35,487 bases of DNA from Leidyana gryllorum EB-2025a (GCA_048772705.1 JBLWGC010000181.1:1-35487); one strand, 5' to 3'. Shown: positions 1-10,262, numbered from the stretch's first letter. The notes: generated by a model not told the origin, from the sequence alone. A program made the numbers and translations.

Positions 1-56
1 GAACCCAGAATCCCCGGTTCCGTAGACCGATGCCATATCCATTAGGCCATAGCGCC
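1..56 (-). tRNA. tRNA-Arg(ACG), 3' end cut by window edge
   Basis: Matches 5' part of the full copy at 26921-26993. Confidence 0.85.
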
Positions 57-173
57 GACTAGCGGAGCCGTCAAATGGGAGTGTGTAGCGATAAAGACAG
101 GAGATGGGCAGCTACGCCCGATGGTGGGTGTGCACACTTCACCCACATCTCCCATTCGAGACATCGGGGACAT

Positions 174-241
174 ACTCAAGCCAGGATTCGGGCCTGGGTA
201 TGCACGGCCACAACTTGCGAAAGCACCTAGACGACCCGGAC
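174..241 (-). pseudogene. tRNA-His pseudogene
   Basis: Decayed copy of His at 20464; similar relics at ~4878-4945 and ~26729-26795. Confidence 0.6.
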
Positions 242-315
242 AATCTTCAAGAGGCTGGTGGGTACCAAAGCCACTTAAGATGTCGGGCCATCGGGTTTTG
301 TGTCCTTGCATTCCT

Positions 316-388
316 GCCGCCCTAGCTCAGTCGGTAGAGCGCAAGACTCTTAATCTTGCAGTCGCGGGTTCGAGCCCCGCGGGCGGTG
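316..388 (+). tRNA. tRNA-Lys(CTT)
   Basis: Full cloverleaf, CAAGA-ct-CTT-aa-TCTTG. Confidence 0.93.
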
Positions 389-437
389 CAAATCAATGTC
401 TCTGGAAGCCGTTACCTACAACCACACTCTGCTGGAT

Positions 438-510
438 TTCCACTGCCGGGACTTGAACCCGGATCGTGCGGGTGAAAGCCGCATATCCTAGCCACTTAGA
501 CTACAGTGGA
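438..510 (-). tRNA. tRNA-Glu(TTC)
   Basis: Full cloverleaf, TGCGG-ct-TTC-ac-CCGCA. Confidence 0.93.
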
Positions 511-608
511 CAAGTGGTCGAGTTTAGGCTTCGGCCGAGAGCCGAACCGTCTCGGAAAGATTCCACCATCAATACGACTGGAATTTGTTACCAAGTCCGA
601 GCTTTCTT

Positions 609-672
609 GCCGCCCCAACTCCGTCGGTAGAGCGCAAGACTTTTGAAGGGAGAACCGCGGGTTCGGGCGGCG
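609..672 (+). pseudogene. tRNA-Lys pseudogene (recurrent allele)
   Basis: Lys 5' half with broken anticodon/T arms; same relic at ~7938, 13921, 14409, 17062, 22175 and 26535(-). Confidence 0.7.
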
Positions 673-742
673 CGAGCAGTCCTAGTAAAGCTTGCTGAAC
701 CGTATGTGAAGCCACTGGCCGCAAAATGCCAAGTTCGACAAC

Positions 743-824
743 GGCAACTTGCCCGAGTGGTTAAGGGGGTAGACTCGAAATCTACTGGGCCGGGCCCGCG
801 CTGGTTCAAATCCAGCAGTTGTCG
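743..824 (+). tRNA. tRNA-Ser(CGA)
   Basis: Type II cloverleaf, GTAGA-ct-CGA-aa-TCTAC. Confidence 0.92.
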
Positions 825-900
825 TGCGATGTGATCGGGCATCAACTCCCTTCGGTCGAGACTCTGTTTTCATATACCGCGGGTGCAGCCGTTAGAGGCT

Positions 901-973
901 TGGACGACCTGGGCATCGATCCCAGTATCTCTCGCATGTTAAGCGAGTGCTATGTCATTTCAGCTAGTGGCCC
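901..973 (-). pseudogene. tRNA-Ala pseudogene
   Basis: Ala body with decayed D arm and anticodon; similar relic at 4388-4458. Confidence 0.7.
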
Positions 974-1061
974 GCTTTGCAGACACCATAGCATTTAGTG
1001 GTTCTTGACATATTATGACCAGTGTCCCGACTCTACCAGCAATTTGCACCACCGACAAGTC

Positions 1062-1133
1062 GGCTGTTTGGTCTAGTGGTATGATTCTTCCTTTGGATGG
1101 AAGAAGTCCTGGGTTCGATTCCCAGAACAGCCC
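1062..1133 (+). tRNA. tRNA-Pro(TGG)
   Basis: Full cloverleaf. Confidence 0.88.
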
Positions 1134-1321
1134 GTCTGTCAGTTGTTGACTCAATACGCCACGTCTCTTCAAGGTTGTCTAAGATATGCTGCTCCGACAG
1201 CTGAGACAAGATTTGAGTTGTATATGCATGGAATCTTCGCCAGATTCATTCCAGTTGGCCCATCAACGATGCCTGCAAAACCCATCAGGTTGAGTAGTAG
1301 TCTGCCAACCACCACTCTACT

Positions 1322-1401
1322 TCCGGTGGGACGGAATCGAACAGCCGACTATCTGATGCCAGCACTACAGTCAGATGCTCTGCCAACTGAGCTACCCCGG
1401 G
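1322..1401 (-). tRNA. tRNA-Tyr(GTA) with 7-nt intron, variant
   Basis: TCTGA-ct-GTA-g[TGCTGGC]a-TCAGA; acceptor and T-stem mismatches. Confidence 0.7.
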
Positions 1402-1475
1402 TCGTCCAACTGCTGCGAGATTCGAAGGCTCAACCTCAGACCCTCAACAGTGGCGCTCTCAAGCTCAGAAGTACG

Positions 1476-1545
1476 GCACGGATTTCGGGGTGGTCCAAGG
1501 TGCCAGACTCGAGTTCCGGTAAGATTGCACGAGCTGGGTACCACT
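1476..1545 (+). pseudogene. tRNA-Leu(CAA)-derived pseudogene
   Basis: Decayed homolog of 6564-6647. Confidence 0.5.
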
Positions 1546-1595
1546 GATTTCCAAGACGGTACAGCTCTAGGCCGAAGGCTGAGCTCGGGGGCTTG

Positions 1596-1668
1596 TTCAC
1601 TGTAGTCTAAGTGGCTAGGATATGCGGCTTTCACCCGCACGATCCGGGTTCAAGTCCCGGCAGTGGAA
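1596..1668 (+). tRNA. tRNA-Glu(TTC)
   Basis: Full cloverleaf. Confidence 0.9.
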
Positions 1669-1744
1669 GTCACTGAAGTACTCGAGCAAATTACTCCAGT
1701 AATCTCCGTCAATAGTGACTGATTCGTGATCTCCAGCTAACATT

Positions 1745-1816
1745 GCCTTCTTAGCGTAGGGGCAGAGCATTCGATTAGTAAGCCTAAGGTCGCCGGTTCG
1801 ATTGCGGCAGAAGGCT
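1745..1816 (+). pseudogene. tRNA-Thr(AGT) pseudogene
   Basis: Several stem mismatches relative to 15610. Confidence 0.75.
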
Positions 1817-1865
1817 TTGCTCACGAGAGAGTCTATTCTATAACTGTTTCCTTTCTGCGCACACT

Positions 1866-1937
1866 TAGCAGTACGTCGTTTCGATCGACGGACCTTTGGG
1901 TTATGAGCCCAACACTCTTCCACTGAGCTACACTGCT
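1866..1937 (-). tRNA. Initiator tRNA-Met(CAT)
   Basis: A1-U72, GGG/CCC anticodon stem, T loop ATCGAAA. Confidence 0.9.
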
Positions 1938-2088
1938 CAGTCTGCAACATGGAAGAGGGAGCCGAGATGCAATTTTTGAGATGTTAATTGCCAGGCTGCA
2001 CGGAGCCCGTTCGTCGTCGCTTGACCCGACGCTCCACCTGATCCCAAGACGGTACGGCTCTCGGCCGAAGCCTCAACTCAAGCACTTG

Positions 2089-2161
2089 TCCACTGTAGTC
2101 TAAGTGGCTAGGATATGCGGCTTTCACCCGCACGATCCGGGTTCAAGTCCCGGCAGTGGAA
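2089..2161 (+). tRNA. tRNA-Glu(TTC)
   Basis: Full cloverleaf. Confidence 0.93.
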
Positions 2162-2221
2162 ATCCAGCAGAGTGTGCTTGTAGGCAACGGTTCCATTCCT
2201 ACTCCCAGAGACATTGATTTG

Positions 2222-2294
2222 CACCGCCCGCGGGGCTCGAACCCGCGACTGCAAGATTAAAAGTCTTGCGCTCTACCGACTGAGCTAGGGCGGC
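2222..2294 (-). tRNA. tRNA-Lys(TTT)
   Basis: Full cloverleaf. Confidence 0.93.
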
Positions 2295-2422
2295 AAGGAA
2301 GCTCTAAACTTAGTTACACCCTATTTGCCGGTATGTGGAGCAGTGGAAGTATTGAGTGGTGGAACAATGTGCTTCAGTAACTTCCGTCAATAGGGACTCA
2401 TTCGTGATGTCCAGTTAACATT

Positions 2423-2493
2423 GCCTTCTTAGCTTGGGGCAGAGCATTCGCTTAGTAAGCGAAAGGTCGCCGGTTCGATTCCGGCAGAAGGCT
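2423..2493 (+). tRNA. tRNA-Thr(AGT), 1-nt D-loop deletion
   Basis: Cloverleaf lacking A14. Confidence 0.75.
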
Positions 2494-2542
2494 TTGCTCG
2501 CGAGGCAATCTATTCTATAACTGTTCCCCTTCTGCGCAAACT

Positions 2543-2613
2543 TAGCAGTGCGTCGTTTCGATCGACGGACCTTCGGATTATGAGCCCAACACTTTTCACT
2601 GAGCTACACTGCT
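2543..2613 (-). pseudogene. Initiator tRNA-Met, degenerate
   Basis: D-arm deletion and anticodon-stem changes versus 1866. Confidence 0.7.
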
Positions 2614-2753
2614 GAGTCTGCAACATGGAAGAAGTAGCCGAAATGCAATTCTCGAGATGTTAGTTGCCCTGACTGCCCTACCAAAGTGGGCTAATGAAAT
2701 GCTGTGTTGGTTCTGAGGGCAACTTGTCCCGTCGGGTCAACCGACGACCAAGA

Positions 2754-2825
2754 GGGCTGTTCTGGGAATCGAACCCAGGACTTCTTCCACCCAAAGGAAG
2801 AATCATACCACTAGACCAAACAGCC
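2754..2825 (-). tRNA. tRNA-Pro(TGG)
   Basis: Full cloverleaf. Confidence 0.93.
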
Positions 2826-3083
2826 GAATGGGAAGGGGGATACAACCGGCTACGTACAGCCGTAAACTCGAAGTGTGGCTAATTCGTCCTGAAATGAGTA
2901 CCGTTGCGCAGAATGGGACCCGCACCCATGCAGACTTGCGCCTACCAGTATGTGGCAAGATGCCCTAGTGGGTAAGGCGCTATTTTCAGACCCCACTCAC
3001 ATGGTCGTGAGTATCTTTCTCCCGCCTTGAAAGGGCACTGGCTACCCGCAGAAACCCCAGACTACTTATTTCGACGCTGCATT

Positions 3084-3164
3084 GCGAGAATGCCCGGGAG
3101 GTTAAGGGGGTGGCCTTAAGATCCACTGGTCAATTCCGCCTGGGTTCGAACCCCACTTCTCGCA
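3084..3164 (+). tRNA. tRNA-Leu(TAA), imperfect
   Basis: Type II fold, ct-TAA-ga loop, a few stem mismatches. Confidence 0.7.
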
Positions 3165-3478
3165 TAAGGAGGCAAGTGTCGGGGGAGGGGAATGGAACGG
3201 TCGACTACCTGCCGCACCCGCCGCAGTCAGATGCTGTACCAAGTGAGCGAACGCCTGTCGTGTGACCCTTGGACATCGAGGTTTGCTCCCGAACCGCACC
3301 GTTTGAGTGAGCACCAAACGAAGTCTAAAGCGGAACGAGCTGTGCTGTAAGACGGGCAGTCGAACCCAGGTCTTCCGCGTGACGCGCGAAAATACTAAGG
3401 ACTCCGGTCGACCTGCCCAATGACTTGCATGACTCCACCCTGAGGCAAATAGAGTGTAACTTAGTTCAGAGTTTCCTT

Positions 3479-3551
3479 GTCATCCTAGCTCAGTCGGTGG
3501 AGCGCGAGCCTCTTAATCTTGCAGTCGCAGAGTGAAGTCCCATGGGCGGTG
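3479..3551 (+). pseudogene. tRNA-Lys(CTT) pseudogene
   Basis: Lys body with lost T arm. Confidence 0.7.
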
Positions 3552-3612
3552 CGGACGAGTGGGCCGGGGAGTAAGAATGCAGTATGTTGCCTACAAGCAC
3601 ACCCATCTGCAT

Positions 3613-3686
3613 TTGCGCTGCCGAGACTCGAACCGGGATGGTGCGGGTTGGCGCCACACAAACTAGCCACCGAGACCATAGTGGAC
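3613..3686 (-). pseudogene. tRNA-Glu pseudogene
   Basis: Heavily decayed Glu body. Confidence 0.55.
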
Positions 3687-3802
3687 ACGTCACCAAAGTT
3701 GCACTGACGAATGGGGGCAGAAAAGGCCTGAGAATTTTGCAACCCCCTCAGGTCGTTATCGAGACCGAGAGACCAGCCCGAAAAGCTTAAGCTTGTGAGC
3801 AA

Positions 3803-3871
3803 AACCTTCTGCCGGAATCGAACCGGCGACCTTTCGCTTAAGCGAATGCTCTGCCCCTAAGCTAAGAAGGC
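3803..3871 (-). pseudogene. tRNA-Thr with anticodon deleted
   Basis: TTCGC-TTAA-GCGAA, a 3-nt deletion versus intact Thr(AGT). Confidence 0.8.
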
Positions 3872-3940
3872 AATGCAAGCCGGGAGTCACGCATCAGTCC
3901 CTATTGACACAAGAGCACTTTGATCGAGTACTCTAATGAC

Positions 3941-4013
3941 TTCCACTGCCGGGACTTGAATCCGGATCGTGCGGGTGAAAGCCGCATATCCTAGCCACTT
4001 AGACTACAGTGGA
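3941..4013 (-). tRNA. tRNA-Glu(TTC), one T-stem mismatch
   Basis: Cloverleaf. Confidence 0.78.
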
Positions 4014-4229
4014 CGAGTCACAACAGTTGCACTGACGAATGAGGCGCCAGAAAACTGTGATCGATCTCAGGTGGGAAATTCACCTAGGTTTGGCGGGTGG
4101 GCAGCTTCTCAAGTGGTAGAGCGGTGACTTTGCACGCGAGAGGTGAGTTTAGACACCTATAAATGCCGCAGGACAGGCTGAACATGGGGGTATTTGGTCA
4201 CTCCTCGCGGCATGTCGAATTCGACAGTT

Positions 4230-4311
4230 GGCAACTTGCCCGAGTGGTTAAGGGGGTAGACTCGAAATCTACTGGGTCTGGCCGGCGCTGGTTCGAATGC
4301 AGCAGTTGTCG
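4230..4311 (+). tRNA. tRNA-Ser(CGA), variant
   Basis: Type II fold with T-stem mismatch. Confidence 0.72.
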
Positions 4312-4514
4312 TGTTATGTGATCGGGCATCAACTCCATTCGGTCGTGACTCTGTTTTCAAATACCGCAGGTGCAGCCGTTAGAAGGTTGGACGACCTGGG
4401 CATTGATCCCAGTATCTCTCGCATCTTAAGCGAGTGCTATATCATTTGAGCTAGCCGCTGACATATTATGACCAGTCTCCCGACTCTACCAGCAATTTGC
4501 ACCACCGACCAGTC

Positions 4515-4586
4515 GGCTGTTTGGTCTAGTGGTATGATCCTTCCTTAGGGTGGAAGGAGTCCTGGGTTCGATTCCCAGAACAGCCC
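4515..4586 (+). tRNA. tRNA-Pro(AGG)
   Basis: Full cloverleaf. Confidence 0.92.
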
Positions 4587-4687
4587 GTCTGATAGTTGTT
4601 GACGCAACACGGCACTCGACCCATCCCGGACAGCTAAGACAGGATCTGAGTTGTTGACTCAACAGGCTGCAACCCGGTCATTCCCCC

Positions 4688-4760
4688 AGGCGCTACCGTG
4701 ACTCGACCCCAGAATCCCCGGTTCCGTAGACCGATGCCATATCCATTAGGCCATGTCGCC
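4688..4760 (-). pseudogene. tRNA-Arg(ACG) pseudogene
   Basis: Acceptor and T-arm mismatches. Confidence 0.72.
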
Positions 4761-5005
4761 GACTAACGGAGTCGTCAAATGGAAGTGTGTAGCGAAGAGA
4801 GGAGGGCAGCTACGCCCGATCCTGGGTTCGGACAAACTTCACCTACATCTCCCATTCGACACATCGGGGACATACTATCGAAGCCAGGATTCGGGCTGGG
4901 TATGCACGGCCACAACTTGCTGTTGTAAGCACTAGACAACCCGGACAATCGGGTACCAAGCCACTTTAGATGTCAGGCTATCGAGTTTTGTGTCCTTGGT
5001 TTCCT

Positions 5006-5078
5006 GCCGCCCTAGCTCAGTCCGTAGAGCGCAAGACTTTCAATCTTGCAGTCGCGGGTTCGAGCCCCGCGGGCGGTG
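5006..5078 (+). tRNA. tRNA-Lys body with TTC (Glu) anticodon
   Basis: CAAGA-ct-TTC-aa-TCTTG; G18C in D loop. Confidence 0.7.
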
Positions 5079-5208
5079 TGGATCTATCTCCCTTACTAAC
5101 CACTATACTATCTCGGACGCTCTGAACACGCCGGCCTCCAATCCCAGAAGTCTTTCTATTTTGGCTCACGGACAAAAAACGCGTGGAGGGATGAACCAAC
5201 AACACTCC

Positions 5209-5287
5209 GGCAAGATGGCCGAGTAGTCTAAGGCGCTGTGTTTAGGCCGCAGTCCGAAAGGGCGTGGGTTCGAAGCCACGCTTGTCA
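5209..5287 (+). tRNA. tRNA-Leu(TAG), imperfect
   Basis: CTGTG-tt-TAG-gc-CGCAG; D-loop and T-arm defects. Confidence 0.68.
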
Positions 5288-5345
5288 GCCGTTGTATCGG
5301 CTCGGTCAGCCACTGGATGCAATAGATCTTCCATGTAGAGCGGAT

Positions 5346-5418
5346 GGGCGGCTAGCTCAGATGGTGGAGCTCTCGCTTTGCATGCGAGAGGTACTGGGAT
5401 CGATACCCAGGTCGTCCA
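5346..5418 (+). tRNA. tRNA-Ala(TGC)
   Basis: Cloverleaf with G3:U70. Confidence 0.82.
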
Positions 5419-5507
5419 AACTCCATGCAATTTTGGCTGCAGAGAAACGACTGGCGCGTGGTCCAAAAATGTGAATGTTGATATTTCAATCTAGTCGAAA
5501 AGCCGCG

Positions 5508-5580
5508 GCCTACGTGGCGCAATGGATAGCGCGTTGGACTTCTAATCCAAAGGTTGCGAGTTCGAGTCTCGCCGTAGGTA
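5508..5580 (+). tRNA. tRNA-Arg(TCT)
   Basis: Full cloverleaf, TTGGA-ct-TCT-aa-TCCAA. Confidence 0.93.
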
Positions 5581-5643
5581 GCCAAAGGTTCAGCACTTTA
5601 CTTCGATGATTTGGCTACTAGCTGCCTTCGCTGAGGAATGTTG

Positions 5644-5714
5644 TCCACTGTAGTCTGAGTGGCTAGGATATGCGGCCTCACCCGCAAGCTCCGGGCTCAA
5701 GTCCGGCAGTGGAA
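5644..5714 (+). pseudogene. tRNA-Glu pseudogene
   Basis: Deletions in anticodon loop and T stem. Confidence 0.72.
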
Positions 5715-5802
5715 GTCAGTGGTTGAAGTCAGTGGAATACTTGAGCAAAGTGCCCCGCAATCTCCGTCAATAGTGTCTGATTCGTGATCTTCGGCTTGCA
5801 TT

Positions 5803-5874
5803 GCCTTCTTAGCTTAGGGGCACAGCATTCGCTTAGTAAGCGAAAAGTCGCCGGTTCGATTCCGGCAGAAGGCT
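5803..5874 (+). tRNA. tRNA-Thr(AGT), D-stem mismatch
   Basis: Cloverleaf. Confidence 0.75.
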
Positions 5875-6072
5875 TGACTGCATCGACTGGGCACCTGCAA
5901 AGCTTAAGTCTCTCAAGCTCCAATCATCTTAACCGAGCGTCGTAGTTCAGCCACCAGAGGGTAAGTCTCTTAGCCACAAAGTCGCAGACTGGAACCTGCC
6001 AGTACTTGAGGCACCCACTAGCTCAACGCAGACTGCGGCCGAGTCTCGGGGTGCTGGAGCTCTTTCTCGAGT

Positions 6073-6143
6073 GCACTTGTGGTCCAAGGGTAGGATGCGA
6101 GCTTCCCATGCTCGCAGCCCGGGATCGAGTCCCGGCAGGTGCA
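6073..6143 (+). tRNA. tRNA-Gly(CCC)
   Basis: CGAGC-tt-CCC-at-GCTCG; A54 in T loop. Confidence 0.85.
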
Positions 6144-6218
6144 GCCGATCGTACAGACTTGACCATGGCTGCAACAATATTTTCAACCGGGGCGAAGAGC
6201 AATGCACTTTAGACTGCT

Positions 6219-6290
6219 TGTCCGAGCCAGGAATCGAGCCTGTGTTTGCACGGCCACAACGTGCTGTCCTAACCACTAGACGACTCGGAC
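6219..6290 (-). tRNA. tRNA-His(GTG), T-stem mismatch
   Basis: GCACG-tt-GTG-gc-CGTGC. Confidence 0.75.
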
Positions 6291-6389
6291 AATCTTTGAG
6301 CGAGGCTTTAGAGGTAGCGAAGCATCGATCAGGGTGGAACGGAACAGGAGTGTCAGACGAACTACGTTGTAAGAAGTCCACTCCTCAAC

Positions 6390-6469
6390 TCCCGGCGGGA
6401 CGGAATTTGCTCGTCGAATATTTGATGCCACCACTACAATCACATGCGTTGCCATCTAAGCAACTCGGG
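6390..6469 (-). pseudogene. tRNA-Tyr pseudogene
   Basis: Decayed Tyr retaining intron remnant; similar relic at 21621-21700. Confidence 0.6.
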
Positions 6470-6563
6470 CCGTAAGAGTAGTTCGGGGCGGTACACCGCA
6501 CCCGAACGACATCGACGTCGCAACGGAAGCGATTAACACTCTGGAACTCAGAGAGAAAGTAAC

Positions 6564-6647
6564 GCACAGATGCCCGAGTGGTCTAAGGGGCCAGACTCAA
6601 GTTCTGGTAGGCGCAAGTCTGCATGGGTTCGAATCCCATTTTGTGCA
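6564..6647 (+). tRNA. tRNA-Leu(CAA)
   Basis: Type II cloverleaf, no intron. Confidence 0.9.
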
Positions 6648-7022
6648 ACGCCGATCATCCTCGAGAATAGGCTGGAAAAGCTACGGTAGATTCGAGTCTC
6701 TCTCTGTATATCCGGTTGCATGCACCCAAGTATTCGGCTATTTGATCTAGCGGTGGTATCCGTGTCAGGATGGAAAAAGAAATGAATCCGATTCCCAGAA
6801 AAGCTCATTATGGTGTTGACCTGACATCCCACTCCTTTTGAGGATGGTACGGCTCTCGCCCAAAGCATGCACCCGCGCGGACCAGGCCCAATAGAATTCA
6901 AATCCACCACCCCTCCCCACTCGGGCAAGTTGGCAACTGTCGAACTCGGGAGGCCGCGAGGAGTGGCCCCAGATGCGGCTGCGGTGAGTGCTTATTTTCA
7001 CCGCGTTTCAAGACTTTTTAGC

Positions 7023-7095
7023 GCCTCGGTAGCTCAGTTGGGAGAGCGCCAGACTGCAGAACTGGAAGTCCCGTGTTCGATGCACGGCCGAGGCA
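7023..7095 (+). pseudogene. tRNA-Phe body with GCA anticodon, degenerate
   Basis: Phe body, ct-GCA-ga loop, anticodon- and T-arm changes. Confidence 0.7.
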
Positions 7096-7232
7096 GAGAG
7101 GTTGTGGCATCTGGTGTCAAAATCTCTCGCGCCCGTGCGAGGGTTCTGCCCCTCAGCTAACCAGGCAGGCCCTGTCTCGATCACATGACGGTATGGCTGA
7201 GCCAACACCTTCGAACGTTTCATTCCATCTTC

Positions 7233-7304
7233 AGGGCACGCGCGGAGTTGAACCACGGACTTGCTGATCTGCAGTCAGCTGCTCTACCACTGAGCTACGT
7301 ACCC
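7233..7304 (-). tRNA. tRNA-Cys(GCA)
   Basis: Full cloverleaf, U73. Confidence 0.92.
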
Positions 7305-7447
7305 AGAACTGCCCCTCATACTCACTCAACTCGTTCCTGTCTCCTCACTTGAAGCAAAACGGCCGTGTACTAGAACATAGCTGCACGGATGGTCCCCGCA
7401 GCCCAAGAGAAGTGGCGAAGTTTCAGGAGTAGTGAGGACCAGTTCCG

Positions 7448-7519
7448 AGGTCGTGCCGGGAATCGAACCCAGGTCGGGAGATTCAGAGTCTCCAGTGCTA
7501 ACCACTACACCACGCAACC
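7448..7519 (-). tRNA. tRNA-Gln(CTG)
   Basis: Cloverleaf, one acceptor mismatch. Confidence 0.82.
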
Positions 7520-7763
7520 GGTTCAGCCCATCCCAAAAGAGTCGGTACAGCCATCCGGACCAGCGCACCTTCCGTCGGGATTCCCGTGCGAACTGTCAGT
7601 GGTGTAGGTACACCCCCTTCTCGATGTCAGTATTTGGCTCTTGCAATGACTGTTTGGCGGGGTGGACGAAGGTCTGAGCGGCCGCTTCACTCCCAGTCAT
7701 GGGGTTTTGCTGTGCACATCACTCGCTCCTTCGGCTAGTGACTGTTCACCTCAACTCTGAAGC

Positions 7764-7837
7764 GGTCACATATTCCAGTCGGTTAGAGCGTGAGCCTGAT
7801 AACTTCCGAGTCCGCGACTGGAGCCCGCGCGTGACCA
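7764..7837 (+). pseudogene. tRNA-Ile pseudogene
   Basis: Decayed homolog of 13747. Confidence 0.65.
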
Positions 7838-8064
7838 AGTGAGTGGATCTCTGATACAGATTCGCCCTGCACCCGAGGAAGGCCCAAGATTCCACGATCA
7901 ATACGAATGGAATTTGTTACTAAGTCCGAGCTTCGTTGCCGCCCCAAGTCCGTCGGTAGAGCGCAAGACTTTTGAGGGGAGACCGCCGGTTCGGGCAGCG
8001 CGAGAACTCAAGGTTGCTGAACCGTTTGTGAAGCCACTGGCCGCAAAATGCCAAGTTCGACAGC

Positions 8065-8146
8065 GGCAACTTGCCCGAGTGGTTAAGGGGGTAGACTAGA
8101 AATCTACTGGGCCGTGCCCGCGCTGGTTCAAATCCAGCAGTTGTCG
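8065..8146 (+). tRNA. tRNA-Ser(AGA)
   Basis: Type II cloverleaf. Confidence 0.92.
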
Positions 8147-8221
8147 TGCGATGTGGTTGGAGGGTTAAACACCGACTCACGCATGAATTTCTGAATGGTG
8201 GAAAAGCAACCATGTGTCCTC

Positions 8222-8292
8222 TGCATCTGCCGGGAATCGAACCCGGGTCGTCTCGATGGCAACGAGACATTCTACCACTAGACCACAGATGC
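8222..8292 (-). tRNA. tRNA-Gly(GCC)
   Basis: Full cloverleaf. Confidence 0.93.
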
Positions 8293-8453
8293 GTGACACC
8301 TTGTTGTTGAAGCTCGTACACGGTAACGGCCGTTTTCTGAACGAATGGAATGTCCGTGGCGTGTTCAGAGTGTCCGAGTTACTATTTTCGCATGTCACGC
8401 CTAAGAAGCGGGCCCGATTGCCGGTAAATAAGTCTGGAACGGGGGATGGTTTT

Positions 8454-8525
8454 GGGCCTATCGCGCAACGGTAGCGCGTCTGACTCCAGATCAGAAGGTT
8501 GGGTGTTCGAATCACTCTGGGCTCA
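8454..8525 (+). tRNA. tRNA-Trp(CCA)
   Basis: TCTGA-ct-CCA-ga-TCAGA. Confidence 0.87.
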
Positions 8526-8561
8526 ACCGGACTCTATGTTTTTCCCGTTTGGGGCGCAACC

Positions 8562-8641
8562 TGACAAAAGTGGGATTCGAACCCACGACCTTTCGGACTC
8601 CGGTCTGAGCACAGCGCCTCAGACCACTCGGTCATCTTGCC
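8562..8641 (-). tRNA. tRNA-Leu(CAG), recurrent mismatched allele
   Basis: Anticodon stem CTGTG/CGGAG with G-G mismatch. Confidence 0.65.
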
Positions 8642-8734
8642 GGGATGTTGTTGGCTCGCCGCTCCACGCGTTTTCTGTGCTTGGAATCTCATGATGGAAG
8701 GACTTTGGGGTTGAAGGCCGGTGTGTTCGGAGCG

Positions 8735-8806
8735 TCCGAGATAGTATAGTGGTTAGTATTTCCGCCTGTCACGCGGAAGACCCGGGTTCGATTCCCGGTC
8801 TCGGAG
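8735..8806 (+). tRNA. tRNA-Asp(GTC)
   Basis: Full cloverleaf. Confidence 0.93.
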
Positions 8807-8861
8807 CACAGTTGATCTCGCTTAAGATTGTCTTTTTTGGTGCCCGCTGAAAGTTGCGAGC

Positions 8862-8934
8862 TACAGCCACCGAGGATCGAACTCGGGACCTTCTGCGTGT
8901 TAAGCAGACGTCGTAACCACTAGACCATGGCTGC
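8862..8934 (-). tRNA. tRNA-Val(AAC)
   Basis: Full cloverleaf. Confidence 0.92.
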
Positions 8935-8998
8935 ATGGATGGTCCCCGCAGCCCAAGAGAAGTGGCGAAGCTTCAGGGAGTAGTGAGGACCAGTTCAA

Positions 8999-9068
8999 GG
9001 GTCGCGCCGGGATCGAACCCAGGTCGGAAAATCCAAAGTGTCGAGTGCTAACCACCAAGGACGCAACC
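8999..9068 (-). pseudogene. tRNA-Gln(TTG) pseudogene
   Basis: Decayed Gln body. Confidence 0.65.
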
Positions 9069-9225
9069 GGTTCAGCCCATCCCAGAAGAGTCGGACTAGC
9101 GCTTCCTCAACTGGACACATGCAACACGGGTCTTGTATACAGACCCCAGCGTAAAGAGTTGGATTCGAGTCGGGCAAAAACCTCAGTTCAATCATTCAAC
9201 CAGTTGCGCTCTCCCCGAATGCTAC

Positions 9226-9307
9226 CGACAAGGGTGAGATTCGAACTCACGCGGGTGGAACCCAACGGCTTAGCAGGCCGCCGCCTTAACCACTCGGCCA
9301 CCTTGCC
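9226..9307 (-). tRNA. tRNA-Ser(GCT)
   Basis: Type II cloverleaf, ct-GCT-aa loop. Confidence 0.92.
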
Positions 9308-9416
9308 GACGACATCTCTTACTCGCTGGCACTTTTTCACAACGGTTTGGGGTCCTAGTCAAGCTTGCTGAACCGTATGTGACATCACTGGCCGCAAAAT
9401 GCCGAGTTCGGCAGGT

Positions 9417-9498
9417 GGCAACTTGCCCGAGTGGTTAAGGGGGTAGACTCGAAATCTACTGGGCCTGGCCCGCGCTGGTTCAAATCCAGCAGTTGTCG
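9417..9498 (+). tRNA. tRNA-Ser(CGA)
   Basis: Type II cloverleaf. Confidence 0.92.
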
Positions 9499-9562
9499 TG
9501 CGATGTGGTGGAAATGATGCAATTCCCAGCATCAAAAACTCATATGGGTCGAGACAGGGAAT

Positions 9563-9634
9563 GCCTCCTTAGCTTAGGGGCAGAGCATTCGCTTTGTAAG
9601 CGAAAGGTCGCTGGTTCGATTCCGGCAGGAGGCT
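9563..9634 (+). tRNA. tRNA-Thr(TGT)
   Basis: Full cloverleaf with a compensatory acceptor change. Confidence 0.9.
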
Positions 9635-10053
9635 TCAGTCATTAGCCTAAACATGGTTGCGATCATCCGCCCGCATTTTCGGATGGCGGCTTGCACACAG
9701 CACTCCATCTTGCCGAAGTGTTACCCGTTTCCTGTCCGTGTTAGACAGCCTATCGATGGATCAAAGGGCACAAAACCCGATAGCCTGACATGTGAAGTGG
9801 CTCTACTCCCAGAGCTGGAACTTCCGTAGTATGTGGGAGCCGCGTGTCAGCCCAACAGACTACAAAGGTTGGAGTGACGGGACAGAAAGCGAGCTGGCAA
9901 CATGGCCAAATGCACTACTTTTGAAACCTCACCACTCCTCTTGGGCTGCGGGGACCATCCGTGCAGCTATGATCTAGTGGTCACGACGTACACGGCCGTT
10001 TTGCTTCAAGTGAGGAGGCAGGATCGAGTTGAGTGAGTATGAGGGGCAGTTCT

Positions 10054-10125
10054 GGGTACGTAGCTCAGTGGTAGAGCAGCTGACTGCAGATCAGCAAGTC
10101 CGTGGTTCAACTCCGCGCGTGCCCT
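10054..10125 (+). tRNA. tRNA-Cys(GCA)
   Basis: Full cloverleaf. Confidence 0.92.
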
Positions 10126-10262
10126 GAAGATGGAATGAAACGTTCGAAGATGTTGGCTCAGCCATACCGTCATGTGATCGAGACAGGGCCTGCCTGGTTA
10201 GCTGAGGGGCAGAACGCTCGCACGGGCGCGAGGGATTTTGACACTAGATGTCACAACCTCTC

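Noticed and set aside
681-742. Recurrent spacer upstream of Ser with minus-strand CTTCACA/CTTCAAA, suggesting tRNA-Sec(TCA)
   Set aside because: No anticodon stem, 9/4 acceptor-T fold or TTCG loop can be built around it
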